DNA from: Octopus sinensis
Taxonomy: Eukaryota
Direction of reading: 5' to 3'
Assembly: GCF_006345805.1 (NCBI RefSeq)
Contig: NC_042998.1
Span: 198,896,001 to 198,960,000 of the forward strand
DNA: 64,000 nt
Shown: positions 13,320 through 26,002 of the stretch, piece by piece
Layout: the number at the start of each line of letters is the position of its first letter
How positions within the stretch are numbered: position 1 is the stretch's first letter
Position numbers and translations under genes: made by a program
Notes under the pieces: model-generated
What the model saw: the letters and a program-made list of their open reading frames with translations, nothing else
What the model was told of the DNA's origin: nothing
Databases searched by the model: none

Positions 13320-14427
13320 GGTAAATCGACATGATTGTTACTTAGTCCCCATGACAGCTCTTGTTGAGTTGACCTATGATTAAAAGCAAGCTTATCGTGA
13401 CCATTTCATCTTTTATTAATGTACTCGGAACCTAGAACCATGTTTACAAACGAACACTTTTCCTAAGACAGTAGGGTATGACTTGATAAAAAAAATCTCG
13501 CTCCTATTTCTAGCAATTCTAGGAACCGCATTGAAGCTCATTCGATGACAGATGGATGTAGATTTGGCGAGTTGTTTGGAACTACGCATCGCATTCATGA
13601 CTTCTTTGGTAACTTGGACGAATGACACTTGCCATCGTTCCGGATGCACCCAAGTGAATTTAGGTACACGGAAACTATTACGAAAACTGTTCGATGGACC
13701 GGAGCTGTAATTCAAAGGACCAGACGTGTTATACTCTATTTCGCTATTGCTGTCTGCGAATTATTTTAAGAATAAACGAGTCTGTATTTGTTTTTCAAGT
13801 TATAGATACCAATATATATGTATACATACATTTACATATACATTTATATATATATATTATATATATATATATATAATATATATATATATATAATATTTGT
13901 TGTGCAAGATTTTTTATGTGAAGTCGTGTGTTGAAACAGATATTGTTATATTTCGGAATGGTCATATTGCCAGTTTAGCCAATAAAAACACACGCACTAT
14001 ATATTTGGTGTTATTTTGCTTCAGTGATATTTATTTTTTACATTAATCTTAATCTTATTTCGGCCAAAGTTCTTTCGTCACACTCCTGTGACCGCATCAG
14101 TGGTCCTTTGTTTTCTTCTCACTTACTTGTGTCTCTCCTTACTAACCGTCAGCCATTTTGTATTTCTATTGTATGTCTTCATTTGCGCATGCTTATATCT
14201 CTATGTGCGTCTATGTTTATTTAGTGTGTGTGTGAGGGGGATGCCTGTAATATTTGTATCTTCTGGTTATATACATTCTTGTAATTTGTATTTTGTTTTT
14301 GTTGTTGTTGCGTTTGTTCTAATTTTGTTCATGTGTTTACATCCACCCATTATTATCATTACATATGCTTGTATGTATGTATAACAACAATATTAGTAAT
14401 AATAATAATAAATCTAATTGAAAAAAA

Positions 14428-14653
<226 letters not shown>

Positions 14654-14987
14654 TATACACATATACATACACATATACATATATATAGTTATTCATTCCT
14701 ATTTCTTTAATTATCTGTGTATTTATTATGTTTGCAGGATCCACTATCGTTATATGTTGTGGTGTGCGCTATTGCTCCATTCTAGTTTTCTATTCAGGCT
14801 AGGTTTATTTTCTATTATATGTGTAGCTTCTGTAATTTGTCTAATTGTTGCATCTGTTCTATGTGTGGACAATATCTTAATCTCTATGTTATTGATTGAT
14901 CCCCCGTGTTCTTGTTCAGCGTGTTGGTACAGAATCGATGAGCTTTTACCTTCCTTGAGTTGTCTCCAATGTTCATTCACCCGCTCA

Positions 14988-15722
14988 TCAGGTTACAGCC
15001 ATAAAGAAAGGGTCAGAGTATACAAAGGAGCCATGAAGAAATTTGATAATATATTATGTAATGATAGGAATGGGATTTGCCCACTCTATAGGAACAAGTC
15101 ATGGAACACTATAGAAAGGACAAAAAAAAAAAAAAAAAGAAAATAGGGAAGGCCAACTCTTGGTATGATAGCCATAAATACCAGAGTGTCATGTTCGTTG
15201 ACACCACCCCTGGAGGTGAACTGGCGTACCGCTTTAGAAGGACCCTAGATAAACTTAAACTAAGAATTAAGGTTGTTGAAAAGCCAGGCAACCCTATCAG
15301 ATCTATAATTGGTAGAAGCTATCCTTTTAGTAGAACTCTCTGTACGGATAACTATTGCACTGTATGTAGATTTAGCCCACAAACAAACTGTAAAGCCAGA
15401 AATGTGGTCTATAGTATAAGATGTATAGAGGGACGATGCAGTAACAAGACAGTAACATACGTAGGGGAAACAGCAAGAAGCATTGGTGAGCGGGTGAATG
15501 AACATTGGAGACAACTCAAGGAAGGTAAAAGCTCATCGATTCTGTACCAACACGCTGAACAAGAACACGGGGGATCAATCAATAACAGAGATTAAGATAT
15601 TGTCCACACATAGAACAGATGCAACAATTAGACAAATTACAGAAGCTACACATATAATAGAAAATAAACCTAGCCTGAATAGAAAACTAGAATGGAGCAA
15701 TAGCGCACACCACAACATATGA
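14988..15722 (+). pseudogene. PLE RT thumb/linker plus GIY-YIG endonuclease (frameshifted)
   Basis: SGY..ER...PLYR..W, then SVMFVDTTPGGEL, a Cys-rich linker CTDNYCTVC, and NVVYSIRC...YVGETARSIGERVNEH...QH. Frameshifts at the A-run near 15122-15143 and near 15585. Confidence 0.88.
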
Positions 15723-15818
15723 CGATAGTGGATCCTGCAAACATAATAAATACACAGATAATTAAAGAAATAGGAATGAATAACTATATATATGTATATG
15801 TGTATGTATATGTGTATA

Positions 15819-15942
<124 letters not shown>

Positions 15943-16262
15943 TTTTCAATTAGATTTATTATTATATTATTACTAATATTGTTGTTATACATACATACAA
16001 GCATATGTAATGATAATAATGGGTGGATGTAAACACATGAACAAAATTAGAACAAAAGCAACAACAACAAAAACAAAATACAAATTACAAGAATGTATAT
16101 AACCAGAAGATACAAATATTACCGGCATCCCCCTCACACACACACTAAATAAACATAGACGCACATAGAGATATAAGCATGCGCAAATGAAGACATACAA
16201 TAGAAATACAAAATGGCTGACGGTTAGTAAGGAGAGACACAAGTAAGTGAGAAGAAAACAAA

Positions 16263-16307
16263 GGACCACTGATGCGGTCACAGGAGTGTGACGAAAGAAC
16301 TTTGGCC
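16263..16307 (+). ncRNA. Minimal type I hammerhead-like motif (A9C variant) in the PLE pseudo-LTR; mirror copy at 14062-14106 (minus)
   Basis: CCA CUGAUGC G GUCACA-ggag-UGUGAC GAAA GAAC UU UGG. Sense to the PLE ORF, as expected for PLE hammerheads. Confidence 0.6.
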
Positions 16308-16421
16308 GAAATAAGATTAAGATTAATGTAAAAAATAAATATCACTGAAGCAAAATAACACCAAATATATAGTGCGTGTGTTTTTATTGGCTAAACTGGC
16401 AATATGACCATTCCGAAATAT

Positions 16422-16463
<42 letters not shown>

Positions 16464-16499
16464 CAGAGAGAGAGAGAGAGAGAGAAGAGAGAGAGACCA

Positions 16500-16997
16500 A
16501 AGTGTACGTACGCCGCTACATGTATATAAAAGAAGAATACAAAAAATGGGACAAGAACGCAAAACATCCAGACAGTTAGGTGATACAAAAAAGGGACAAC
16601 AACATATTCAGACAGATGATACAACAAAGGGACAAAAGCAACAAGGACGAGTCATCCGAAGTTTTCTTTCGTCAGTCGAAATCCAGATTATCTTTGCAAT
16701 TTCGGCTGGTTATACTCGAGATTGCTCCAATCTAGCCAGCACCAAAGAAAATCTAAGCTAAGAGCATTAGATTCCTTGGAAGAAAGCAGCGAATGTATAC
16801 GAAAAGAAGGACGGGAAAAAACGGAGAAATGGTACACAAATGCAAATACAAATAACAGGACATTAACAACAATTGTCTTTCAACTAAGGACGAATTAAAT
16901 TAAGCTGTCGTGTGTGGAAGTGAAACCTTAGGGCAGGGACATAAGAGAGGCCAGGCACGAGGAGGAATATAGATGTTGCACGGATGGTAGTCGAATC
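16500..16997 (-). mobile_element. Unclassified microsatellite-flanked element E1 carrying the permuted hammerhead-like fold
   Basis: Homologous to 17165-17610 (shared ctaatgctcttag, cattcgct and gtaccat blocks). No ORF. Confidence 0.55.
16643..16740 (-). ncRNA. Candidate permuted (A-C-B order) hammerhead ribozyme E1
   Basis: GCAAUC|UCGAG...CC GAAA UUGC AAA GA UAAUCUGG AU UUCGA CUGACGA. Confidence 0.55.
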
Positions 16998-17101
16998 AAG
17001 CATGGCCGCAGTCTAATGACTGAAAGAAGTAAAAGATAAAATACACACACACACATACACACACACACACATACACACACACACACAACACACACACACA
17101 C

Positions 17102-17160
<59 letters not shown>

Positions 17161-17164
17161 CATG

Positions 17165-17610
17165 TATATATAAATATAAAAATGGAACAAAACGCAATAG
17201 AGAGTATTAAAACGTTCAGACAGATAGACGATACAAAAGCGGACAAGAGAAAATAGCAATTAGAAGGATAGGCAAAGAAGACTGATCATTCGTGGCCTTC
17301 TTTCTTCAGTCAAGTACCAGAAATCACGACTATTTCGGGCAGTTACACTTGAAATGGTTCGATCTGGTTGTCCCCCAAAAAGTCTAAACTAAGAGCATTA
17401 GTCCCCTTTTTAAGAAAGCTAGCGAATGAGTACGGCAACAAAGACAAAAAAGAAAAACAAACAAAAAAGCGGAGAACATGGTACAAAATTACGAATGCAA
17501 ACAACAAGAAATAACGAATCAAATTGAGCTGGCATGAATGGAGTGAAAGCCTAAAGGCAGGAATATAGGAAACGGACGCAAGAGATGTTGACAGTCGGCA
17601 GTCAACAAGT
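17165..17610 (-). mobile_element. Unclassified element E2, a diverged relative of E1
   Basis: Collinear blocks with 16500-16997. Flanked by (TA)n and (TAGA)n. Confidence 0.55.
17275..17376 (-). ncRNA. Candidate permuted hammerhead ribozyme E2
   Basis: ACCAUU|UCAAGUG...CCC GAAA UAGU CGU GA UUUCUGG UACUUGA CUGAAGA. Confidence 0.55.
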
Positions 17611-17724
17611 GTGTGTGTGTATAGAGAGAGAAAGACACGTAGGCAAATAGATAGATAGATAGATTGATAGATAGATAGATAGATAGATAGATATATAGAT
17701 AGATAGATAGATAGATAGAGAGAG

Positions 17725-17780
<56 letters not shown>

Positions 17781-18631
17781 CAGTTTTTTACACCTGTAGT
17801 ATATTGGTGACATGTTGGATAACATCCATCGGAGATGTATGATGAGCATCCTCAGGTGATTGTTTAAGAAAGTTCTTCGTTAAATCCTACTGTCAGTTCC
17901 CTCAGAATGGAAATGCATTTCCAGATTCTATGGACACTATGGAATTTCGTGTGCATATCCAGCAGCAAGAACATTTCTACTGCATGACACCAGGTAACCA
18001 ATAACTCTGAACGAGCTTTGTATAGCATACCACAATGCTTTTATGTATGTATGTATGTATGTACGTACGTACGTACATACATACCTACCTACCTTCCTAC
18101 CTACCTCCCTACCTACATACCTACATACATACATACATACATACATACATACATACATGTAACATGTGGTGGAGAAACTGTAACTTTCCAGTCGCGGGTG
18201 GTTTTTAGGGGATTCGTGATTCGTTTCCCGTTTGAAGATTTGATTTTTGCATAAAATCCTACATTTTGTTTGTTATATACAATTACAAAGATAAATAAAC
18301 GTTTAATTAATTAAAAGATCAATTTCTGTTACTTTGATATTTTTATTTACATTTTCACTAGAAATTTCATTTTCCATATATTTTATACTTTCTTTAAAGT
18401 GGATTTATTAGATTACACTCAACACAAAGTGGCCTTTACCCTGCAGTTATGCTAAGATGCTCAAATACTTCTGTTTGATTATGTCTAATTACCAAGCTAT
18501 CTGCCTAGTCGTCTAGGTATACCCGTCAGCAAAAGTGAATACAACAATATTTTCAAAAGAAAAATTGCATTTGCGTACGCGCATACATGCACATACATAC
18601 ATACATACATAATACAAACGTATATAGGTTT

Positions 18632-18853
18632 GTTGGCAGAATCGTTAGCACGCCGGGTGAAATGCTTAGCGGTATTTCGTCTGCCGTTACGTTCTGAGTT
18701 CAAATTCCGCCGAGGTCGACTTTGCCTTTCATCCTTTCGGGGTCGATAAATAAAGTACCAGTTTCGCACTGGGGTCGATGTAATCGACTTAATCCGTGTG
18801 TCTGTCCTTGTTTGTCCCCACTGTATTTAGCCCCTTGTGGGCAATAAAGAAAT
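18632..18853 (+). mobile_element. Family B SINE
   Basis: Head, body and tail 1. A short inverted tail fragment follows across (TA)n. Confidence 0.85.
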
Positions 18854-19619
18854 ATATATATATATATATATGTATATTTCTTTATCGCCCACAAGTGGCT
18901 ACACACATACACTCACACGCACATAACACATATGTATAATTCATATAGATATAGATATATATCTATGTTTCTAAGAATTTTAAATGCCTTCGAGAATGCC
19001 AAAACGTGATATAATTCGTTTCCAGAACAATGGATCTCGAATCGCATAAAGCTATTAATGATGCCTTGTAAATGGTCAAGAAATGTTTTTGGATAGAAGT
19101 CGAAGGTGGTCTGTGGCACCCAAACCCCTCACGTCTGCGGACATGACACGTGTACAGGAGACATAACATGTCAACAGGTGAAGTAGATTCAAGTTTTTCG
19201 AGTCAGAAAAGGTTTTTGCCCCAATATTTACATGCTATTATTTATAGCCTTTATCAAGGCGACGAGCTGGCAGGAATGTCAGCATCCCGGGCGAAATGCT
19301 TAGAGGTTTTTTCGTCTTCCCCTACGTTCTGAGTTCAAATTCCGCTGAGGTCGATTTTGCCTTTCATCCTTATTTTAAATACTTCAAAATCAAAATTGCT
19401 TAAATATATGTACCAGAAACAGTAATTAAAAATTAAGGAAATAGATTTTTGGGAGATCTTTTATTACGACTGTCTATTATTCCATTATTATAATATCTTT
19501 TGAAACTTATACATATACATGTATAAATGCATGGAGAAACATACCAATATGTATACACACACATTTTTACAGAGTTAGTTTTATATACATCCTTGTATAT
19601 ATATATATATAAATATTCC

Positions 19620-21270
19620 AGCATATCTGCACAATTGTGCCCCAAAGACTTGCTTCTTCATAACCTTGAGAGAATTAAAATTTTCTGGTCGTAGCTAGAG
19701 AACTGCTTGCGCTACATAAAGTCCCTTGCATGTCTCTTTATTTCATTGGGTTTTCACAGGGGAGACGCATTGTTCATTATCCCAACTAAATCCGCTATTA
19801 GTATGCTAATCTTTACATTGTGTGATAAAGCTGAGTTCTTGTGAATAACGTGTTTGGGAGCTATGGGTTTCATGTAATAGGAATAGAGGAGTGAAATTTT
19901 GTTGTTTGTAGTCTCAAACCAAAGTTCGGTATCAAGGACAAGGAATCTAGTGGGGTAATCTATCGTTACCTTGATACTCTGGTGGATGGAGTTAGCTATA
20001 CACTGGATCTCTCCTTCGTATTCCTCTCGGTTTCCTCAGTACGACCACATGGGATTGTCCTATCTAGAATATTATTATCATTTACATACCTACAATATAG
20101 TATTACAGCAATAGAGTATTCATCTAGGGACTGCCTAATAATCAGGTCATAAAGAGGCCGGTTACGTCCCCAGCAACACTGACACCGAAGGCTGCGTCTA
20201 GAACTTGCATATACAGTTTCTTATTGAACTTGATTATGTGGTTCTTCAAAGCAGTTTTTACGCTTGCGCCTATTGCATGTACAACCATCTTTCTCAACTG
20301 ATTGTTGTTCTCTGAATCTTGGTTGTGTATAACCTAGCGACTCCATAGAACGCTGGAGTAATGTGGTGCCGACGTGATGGAGGGTAGTCGTCCCCATTCA
20401 GAACTGGTGGGGCAAAACCACTTGGCTCATGATTTTCCAAGTAATTACAGCCATAACTTATCTTAGGAGGAGGCCTAGTTACCTTCGCGCTCACAGATTA
20501 TATCCACGCATTTCTCTACAGCAAAATCTGTGTCAATAGACGGATAGAGTGATATCACGTCAATACTCCCTACTACACAACCTGTAAGGTCGTTGGAGCA
20601 GTTTGCACTCATTAACTCTAGGAGTTCTTCACCGTTCGCATAGACATCCGGGGACATCTCAATGCGCGCTCGTAATACCTGCTAAAGAAAGTAGAGTAGC
20701 TTATAGTTGCTGGAAATATGACCCCGCAAATCGGCCGGGTTGGGGGCCCGTAAAGGGTTTGAGAAGGGTTTACGGCCCTTCTGTAACCCATAGAGTATAG
20801 GATCATCGTTGTTGGACGTTAGGAAATATTTTGCGGTTCGTTGTTTAAGTTAGAGGATGTTGCACCATATTCCCATGTGAGCGTTAACAAGTTTCTCTAC
20901 TTTTAAATGTTTTTGTGGCCCCCACCTCTCTCGTGTTACTGATGTGTTGTTACATGGTCTGGACACAGTCCTGCAGACTGTCTACCGACATCCTGCCAGA
21001 CTTGTCTGTAAGGAGGCACACTATTTCATTGTTCCTAACATACTGTTGTAATTTTTGTAAGCTTTTAGCGACTGTTGAACCAAGTTAGTTGGCCTCCACC
21101 TCAGTATGCTTCCTGGTGGTTTCATTGCATCGGTCTAAAATGTGTTTAAGTCTACCTCTCAGCTAAAATAATGTTTGCCTCTGTCTCACCGTCCGTATGT
21201 TATGGGATGCATGCTCTTTTGTAGAATAGTAGTTAGTGGGGTAAAACCTTGTCGTGTCATAGGACCTGTC
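19620..21270 (-). pseudogene. Decayed Penelope-like reverse transcriptase
   Basis: GSIDVISLYPSI (RT motif A), LYCRYVND (YVDD-derived), FLVLDTELW, and YYMKPIAPKHVIHKNSALSHNVK on the minus strand. Confidence 0.8.
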
Positions 21271-22042
21271 ATTGAGGTTATTACAGAAAAGAGATTCTAG
21301 GGTGCCGTTGTGGTTACTATTGTTGTTAGTTGTCATTGTTGTTTATTTGCTGCTGTTGTTGTGGTCGTTAGTTGCCGTTGTTGTTGTGGGTATTGTGGTC
21401 GTGGTGGTTTTAGATGTCTGTATTGCTGTCGGTGTTGTTGCTGGTGGTACTGGTGGTGTTGCGGGAGATGATGTGTTTATTCTTATGGTTGCTGCCATCG
21501 TTAGAATGTGAGATGTTTTTGTTATTATAGTTGCATATAATTATTATTGTTACTTAAATTGCTGTTGCTGTTGTTGTTGTTGTTGTTAAGGGTGATTAGG
21601 TGATGGTCTAGGAGACCCCAGACCTTGGAAAGAAAACACTTAGGTTGTCTTGTTGTAGTCGAGGGCTCTTCGTTGACGCCCGATACCACTGGGAGGTGGC
21701 CCTCGACGTTTCTAGAAATGGAGATATCCAGGTCCAAATTCTTGAACGGCTGCTGTTTCTGTTGCAGGTATTGTGGTTGCGTTGGTTTTGTATGTTCGTG
21801 TTGTTGCTGGTGTTGTGATGCCCTAACATACATCTTATTTTCATGACTGCTGTTTTCAGTCTCAGACAGACAATCAATTCTATTGACCTTCTTGCATGTG
21901 GCATACTTCGGTCGTAACCCTATGATACATATTTCATCTGCATCGACTTGTACTGCGCTGTATACGTGTTATTTATCTGTATATCACCGTTGAAGTTAAA
22001 GTTGTTCCCTAACGTATACACACACACACATAAATATATAAA

Positions 22043-22087
<45 letters not shown>

Positions 22088-22158
22088 TCTGACCTCGTGT
22101 GTACCGTTGGCGATTTTTTTTCCTCTGTCTTCCCTCTCTGGATCTTTCCTTCTCCTAT

Positions 22159-22193
22159 GTTTCCGAAGAAGAGCTCCGCTCGAAACGTTAAAC
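22159..22193 (+). ncRNA. Minimal type I hammerhead-like motif (U4C) in a small (TA)n-embedded element at 22084-22292
   Basis: GUUU CCGAAGA A GAGC ucc GCUC GAAA CG UU AAAC, with palindromic stem III as in PLE dimeric hammerheads. Confidence 0.55.
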
Positions 22194-22292
22194 CCTCCTT
22201 CTTTCCTTCTTTCCTGGGCGTCCAATAATACTATATTTGTTCCACGTCCTCGCGTTGTTGTGTTTTTTTTGTGCTTTCTTGTTTGGATTAAC

Positions 22293-22325
<33 letters not shown>

Positions 22326-22338
22326 ATATTATACATTG

Positions 22339-22682
22339 GCTCAGGAGTGGCTGTGTGTTACATAGTGTGCTTACCAACAACATGGTTCTGGGTTCAGTTT
22401 CACTGTATGGCACCTTAGGCAAGTGTCTTCTAATATAGCCTCGGGCCGACCAAAGCCTTGCGAGTGGATTTGGTAGATGGAAACTGAAAGAAGCCCGTCG
22501 TATATATGTATATATATGTATGTGTGCGTATATGTTTGTGCGTCTGTGTTTGTCCCCCAACATCACTTGACAACCGAAGCTGGTGTGTGTACGTCCCTGT
22601 AACTTATATAATAAGTTCGGTCGGCAAAAGAGACCGATAGAATAAGTACAAAGAAACAATTAAAAGAGAAAGAGCGTAAAGA
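22339..22682 (+). mobile_element. Family A SINE, diverged with a 3' deletion
   Basis: Similarity to 5822-6226. Confidence 0.85.
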
Positions 22683-22757
<75 letters not shown>

Positions 22758-22925
22758 ATATTTTATCGCATTCGGCTTAACAGCCCTTCTTGTCTGTGTT
22801 ACTGTTATTATCCTTGTCCTGTCTTTTACTGTTTATATTTTGTACTGTCGTTACTGTCCTGTTTTTGTTACCATTTTTACCCCTCCGCAAAAAATCTCAA
22901 ATTTGATTTCATTTGCTTTTCGCGG

Positions 22926-23018
22926 GAGGGAATGTTTCATCCGAAGTCGCGTCTCGCCTTCACCTTCGAAACGCGGAGTAGATGAAACCATGGCGACTGA
23001 AGAAGGGGAATTTTCCTT
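22926..23018 (+). ncRNA. Candidate permuted hammerhead ribozyme E3 within the (TA)n-embedded element at 22755-23265
   Basis: CGCGUC|UCGCC UUCACCUUC GAAA CGCG...GGCGA CUGAAGA. Confidence 0.6.
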
Positions 23019-23556
23019 GTTTTATTTGTCCTGTACTCTATTTTTTCGTTAAGAAAAATCTCCAGTTCATTGGTTTCGTGTTTATGTTTTCGTTTCTCAT
23101 TGTGTTCGAAGTTTTTTTTTTGTGTCCTGTACCCATATATGCATGTATATATACATGTAGATGTAGGTACGTACATATATGTATGTATATATATGCATAT
23201 GTTTTATTAATTAATTTGTTATTACACGACAGAACGCACGCATCCATTTCTAAGTAAGTTTGTTCTTTATATATATATATATATATTATAATAAAATATC
23301 AGGGGATAAATCCAAACTTACAGGGAAAAATCAGATTTAGGATTAAATCCAATTTTACTCTGTATCTTTTATTAAACTTTTACTACTTTTGATATTTATT
23401 TAAAATAATATAAATTAAATTAATTTTATATATTGGCTTATGTTTTTCATTGTTTGATTTGCCTAATAGTGGTTTTATCTCTAATTTAATATATATATAT
23501 ATTATATATATATAATATTAAGGGTTAATACGAAGTGGCATGGTATACGTATAAAT

Positions 23557-23593
<37 letters not shown>

Positions 23594-26002
23594 ATGTGTG
23601 TGCATATATATTTATATATATGTGTGTGTGTGTGTGTGTGTATACACACACACACAGATACATACATCCACAAACACAAGCATATGTATTGTTTATGTGT
23701 TCACATGAGAATCAAATTAATTGTTTGAATAATTATATCAATGCGTATGCACGTGGTTTTCCATGTGCATGCACGTGCATGTACATTTTCAGTACATACA
23801 GTCACGTGTGCGCAGGTATGAGTATGTATATATGTATATATTTCTGTGTTTGTATATCTGTCAGCCCATTTGTGTGCGTACCATGTGTGCGAATGCGAAT
23901 GCGACTGCATTCTTATTAACGCATTTAAGACTAAGTAAATTTTCTTTGATTTAAGTTTCATTTGGCTGGAATATCGATACGATCGACGACTGTAGAAACG
24001 TGATCAGTAAACCGGAGATCCATAAATAATTCTACAGCAGAGCAAAAGGAAAAAAAATCTAGTAGGAACCATCACTTTTAGTTCCACACCACACTTAACT
24101 TAATGCAATCAATTTAATTGCAAACATCATTATGATTTTAATTGCATATCTAATTTTGCAGTTCATTTGTCGTCTGGCCCAATTTATTCATAATTGTTCT
24201 TCATTTCTCTTTCCCCCACCTCTCTTCCCCTCTCAAATGCCGTTGTTTATGCTTCTCTGTCGAGAATCTGTAAGTTAAAAGAGAGAAGTCAACACTTGAA
24301 GTATGTGAATTAGAGATAAAACGGTATATTAATTAACGGGAAATTTTTAATGATCAGCACGTGAGTCGAGAATTCTTATCGCCGCACCACTAATGCTTAC
24401 TGCTCTACCACTGCCGGTGGTACAGTTGCTGCTTCACAGAATTCTTGAGAGGAAGTCATTGAACTCTTTCAATTAGCTTCCTACTTATGGAAATTTCGAT
24501 ACTAAAATTAGACCAGGTTAACGCAGCATTTAAAGAACGAGCTGTTTGGTGGTTCATTATATAATTTCAAATTCTGCCTCGAGCGGCGGAATTATCGTTT
24601 GTTGTTGTTATTGTTGTTGTTCTTCTTATTCTTGTTGCTTACCTCCAAGTCAGCTCTCATTTAGCAAACCTATGACGAAAAGTGTTCCGAACACGAGCAC
24701 TCGTATTTGCTTCTAACACGCATGAGACCTACTTTCGCTCTCTCTCTCTCTCTCTCTCGCTCTCTCTTTGTTTTTGTTTTTTAAGACGCTAGGATGTGAT
24801 TTGATTGAGATGTGGCGGCTATCTTTAGCAGATCGAAGAAGGATAATGGGGGAATAACTTGGCTGGAGAGATGGATTTGTTACTGACTGCTCTATTTGTT
24901 ATAAATAGATGTAGTTCTATGATAGTTCGAGCTGCTAGAAATAACAGTCAATCTCTCTTCAAAAGCAGAAAGGTCATGGCTGGAATATGCTCGAGCATAG
25001 GTCTGGTGAATCAATAACGTTTTGTAGCTGATACAAGTTTTGTCTCCCATCATAATTCCTTTTACATTTAGGATGATTTGCAGGGATATAAATCCACCCC
25101 AGTGCTTTATTTTATCGACCTCGGTATGATGAATGTCAATGTTAACCTCAGCAGAATATCTAGCCTGTATCGTACTTGGACATTAAAAACTCATAAGTAA
25201 AAATAAAGCACAATATTTAGTTTGTCTTGGCGAGTAAAAGATAAACGCTTCGGATACTTTTCTTTCTTCAGAGAGCAAAACAAATACATTTTACTAGCAG
25301 GCGTGCTATAAGCATACAGATATGCTTTCTCTCTGCAGAAGGACGCGTGGACTGCCACTCTTCTTAACAGACAAATTATCGTTTTTTTTGTTTTATTTTA
25401 TCTACGAACTTTAATGAATTAGATTTTACCGATACAGCCCAATAACAGTTTTCTTGGATTTCCGATCTTACCTTGTTTTGTCGAAAAGCGTAATTCAAGT
25501 GATAAGGAAATTTGGTTTTATTTGAATCAAGTGTACTAATGGGACGGAGAAAGCGAAACAGATTGTGGGAGTAAGGTAGACTTTCACGTGAGATGAAACC
25601 GTATCCCATTGTTGATTTACTGGGATTTTACATCTCTACAAAGATCACACACTAAGCGAATATTTCTTAATTTTATCTGCAACGAGAATGTTAAAACTGC
25701 AACACTTTTAAATGTTAAAATGATTTGTGTCTTGATTTAGGGATTCAATGTTTAGGATATTTGCAGCATATTTCAGTCTGAGAGTCCGTACTAATATTTA
25801 TTCCAGAACAGCCTCAATAAATTATATTAGACAATATACGCACCATTGTGAAATGAAATAAAAAGCGACAGAAGTCGAAACTGGTAGAAGTGCAGGCTTG
25901 GCTGTGTGGTTAGATTTTGGTTTTAATGCCTGTAATATGAAACTTGCTTTTCAAGGTTAAAGTAATTTTTGTTTTCCAATTACATACAAATTCTAACAAT
26001 AT

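Noticed and set aside
13416-13753. Possible minus-strand host exon (SNSEIEYNTSGPLNY...WVHPERWQ)
   Set aside because: There is an open frame and an AG acceptor, but no recognisable domain, donor or partner exons. It needs RNA-seq or BLAST.
16340-16428. Second hammerhead-like pair (ctgaagc ... ccgaaatata) in the PLE repeat
   Set aside because: I could not build consistent stems I-III in any strand order.
17790-18010. Unique segment with splice-like signals on both strands
   Set aside because: Strand and frame are ambiguous and I recognise no homology.
25376-25609. 77-aa ATG-initiated ORF in unique sequence
   Set aside because: Short, with no recognisable motif, and of a length expected by chance.
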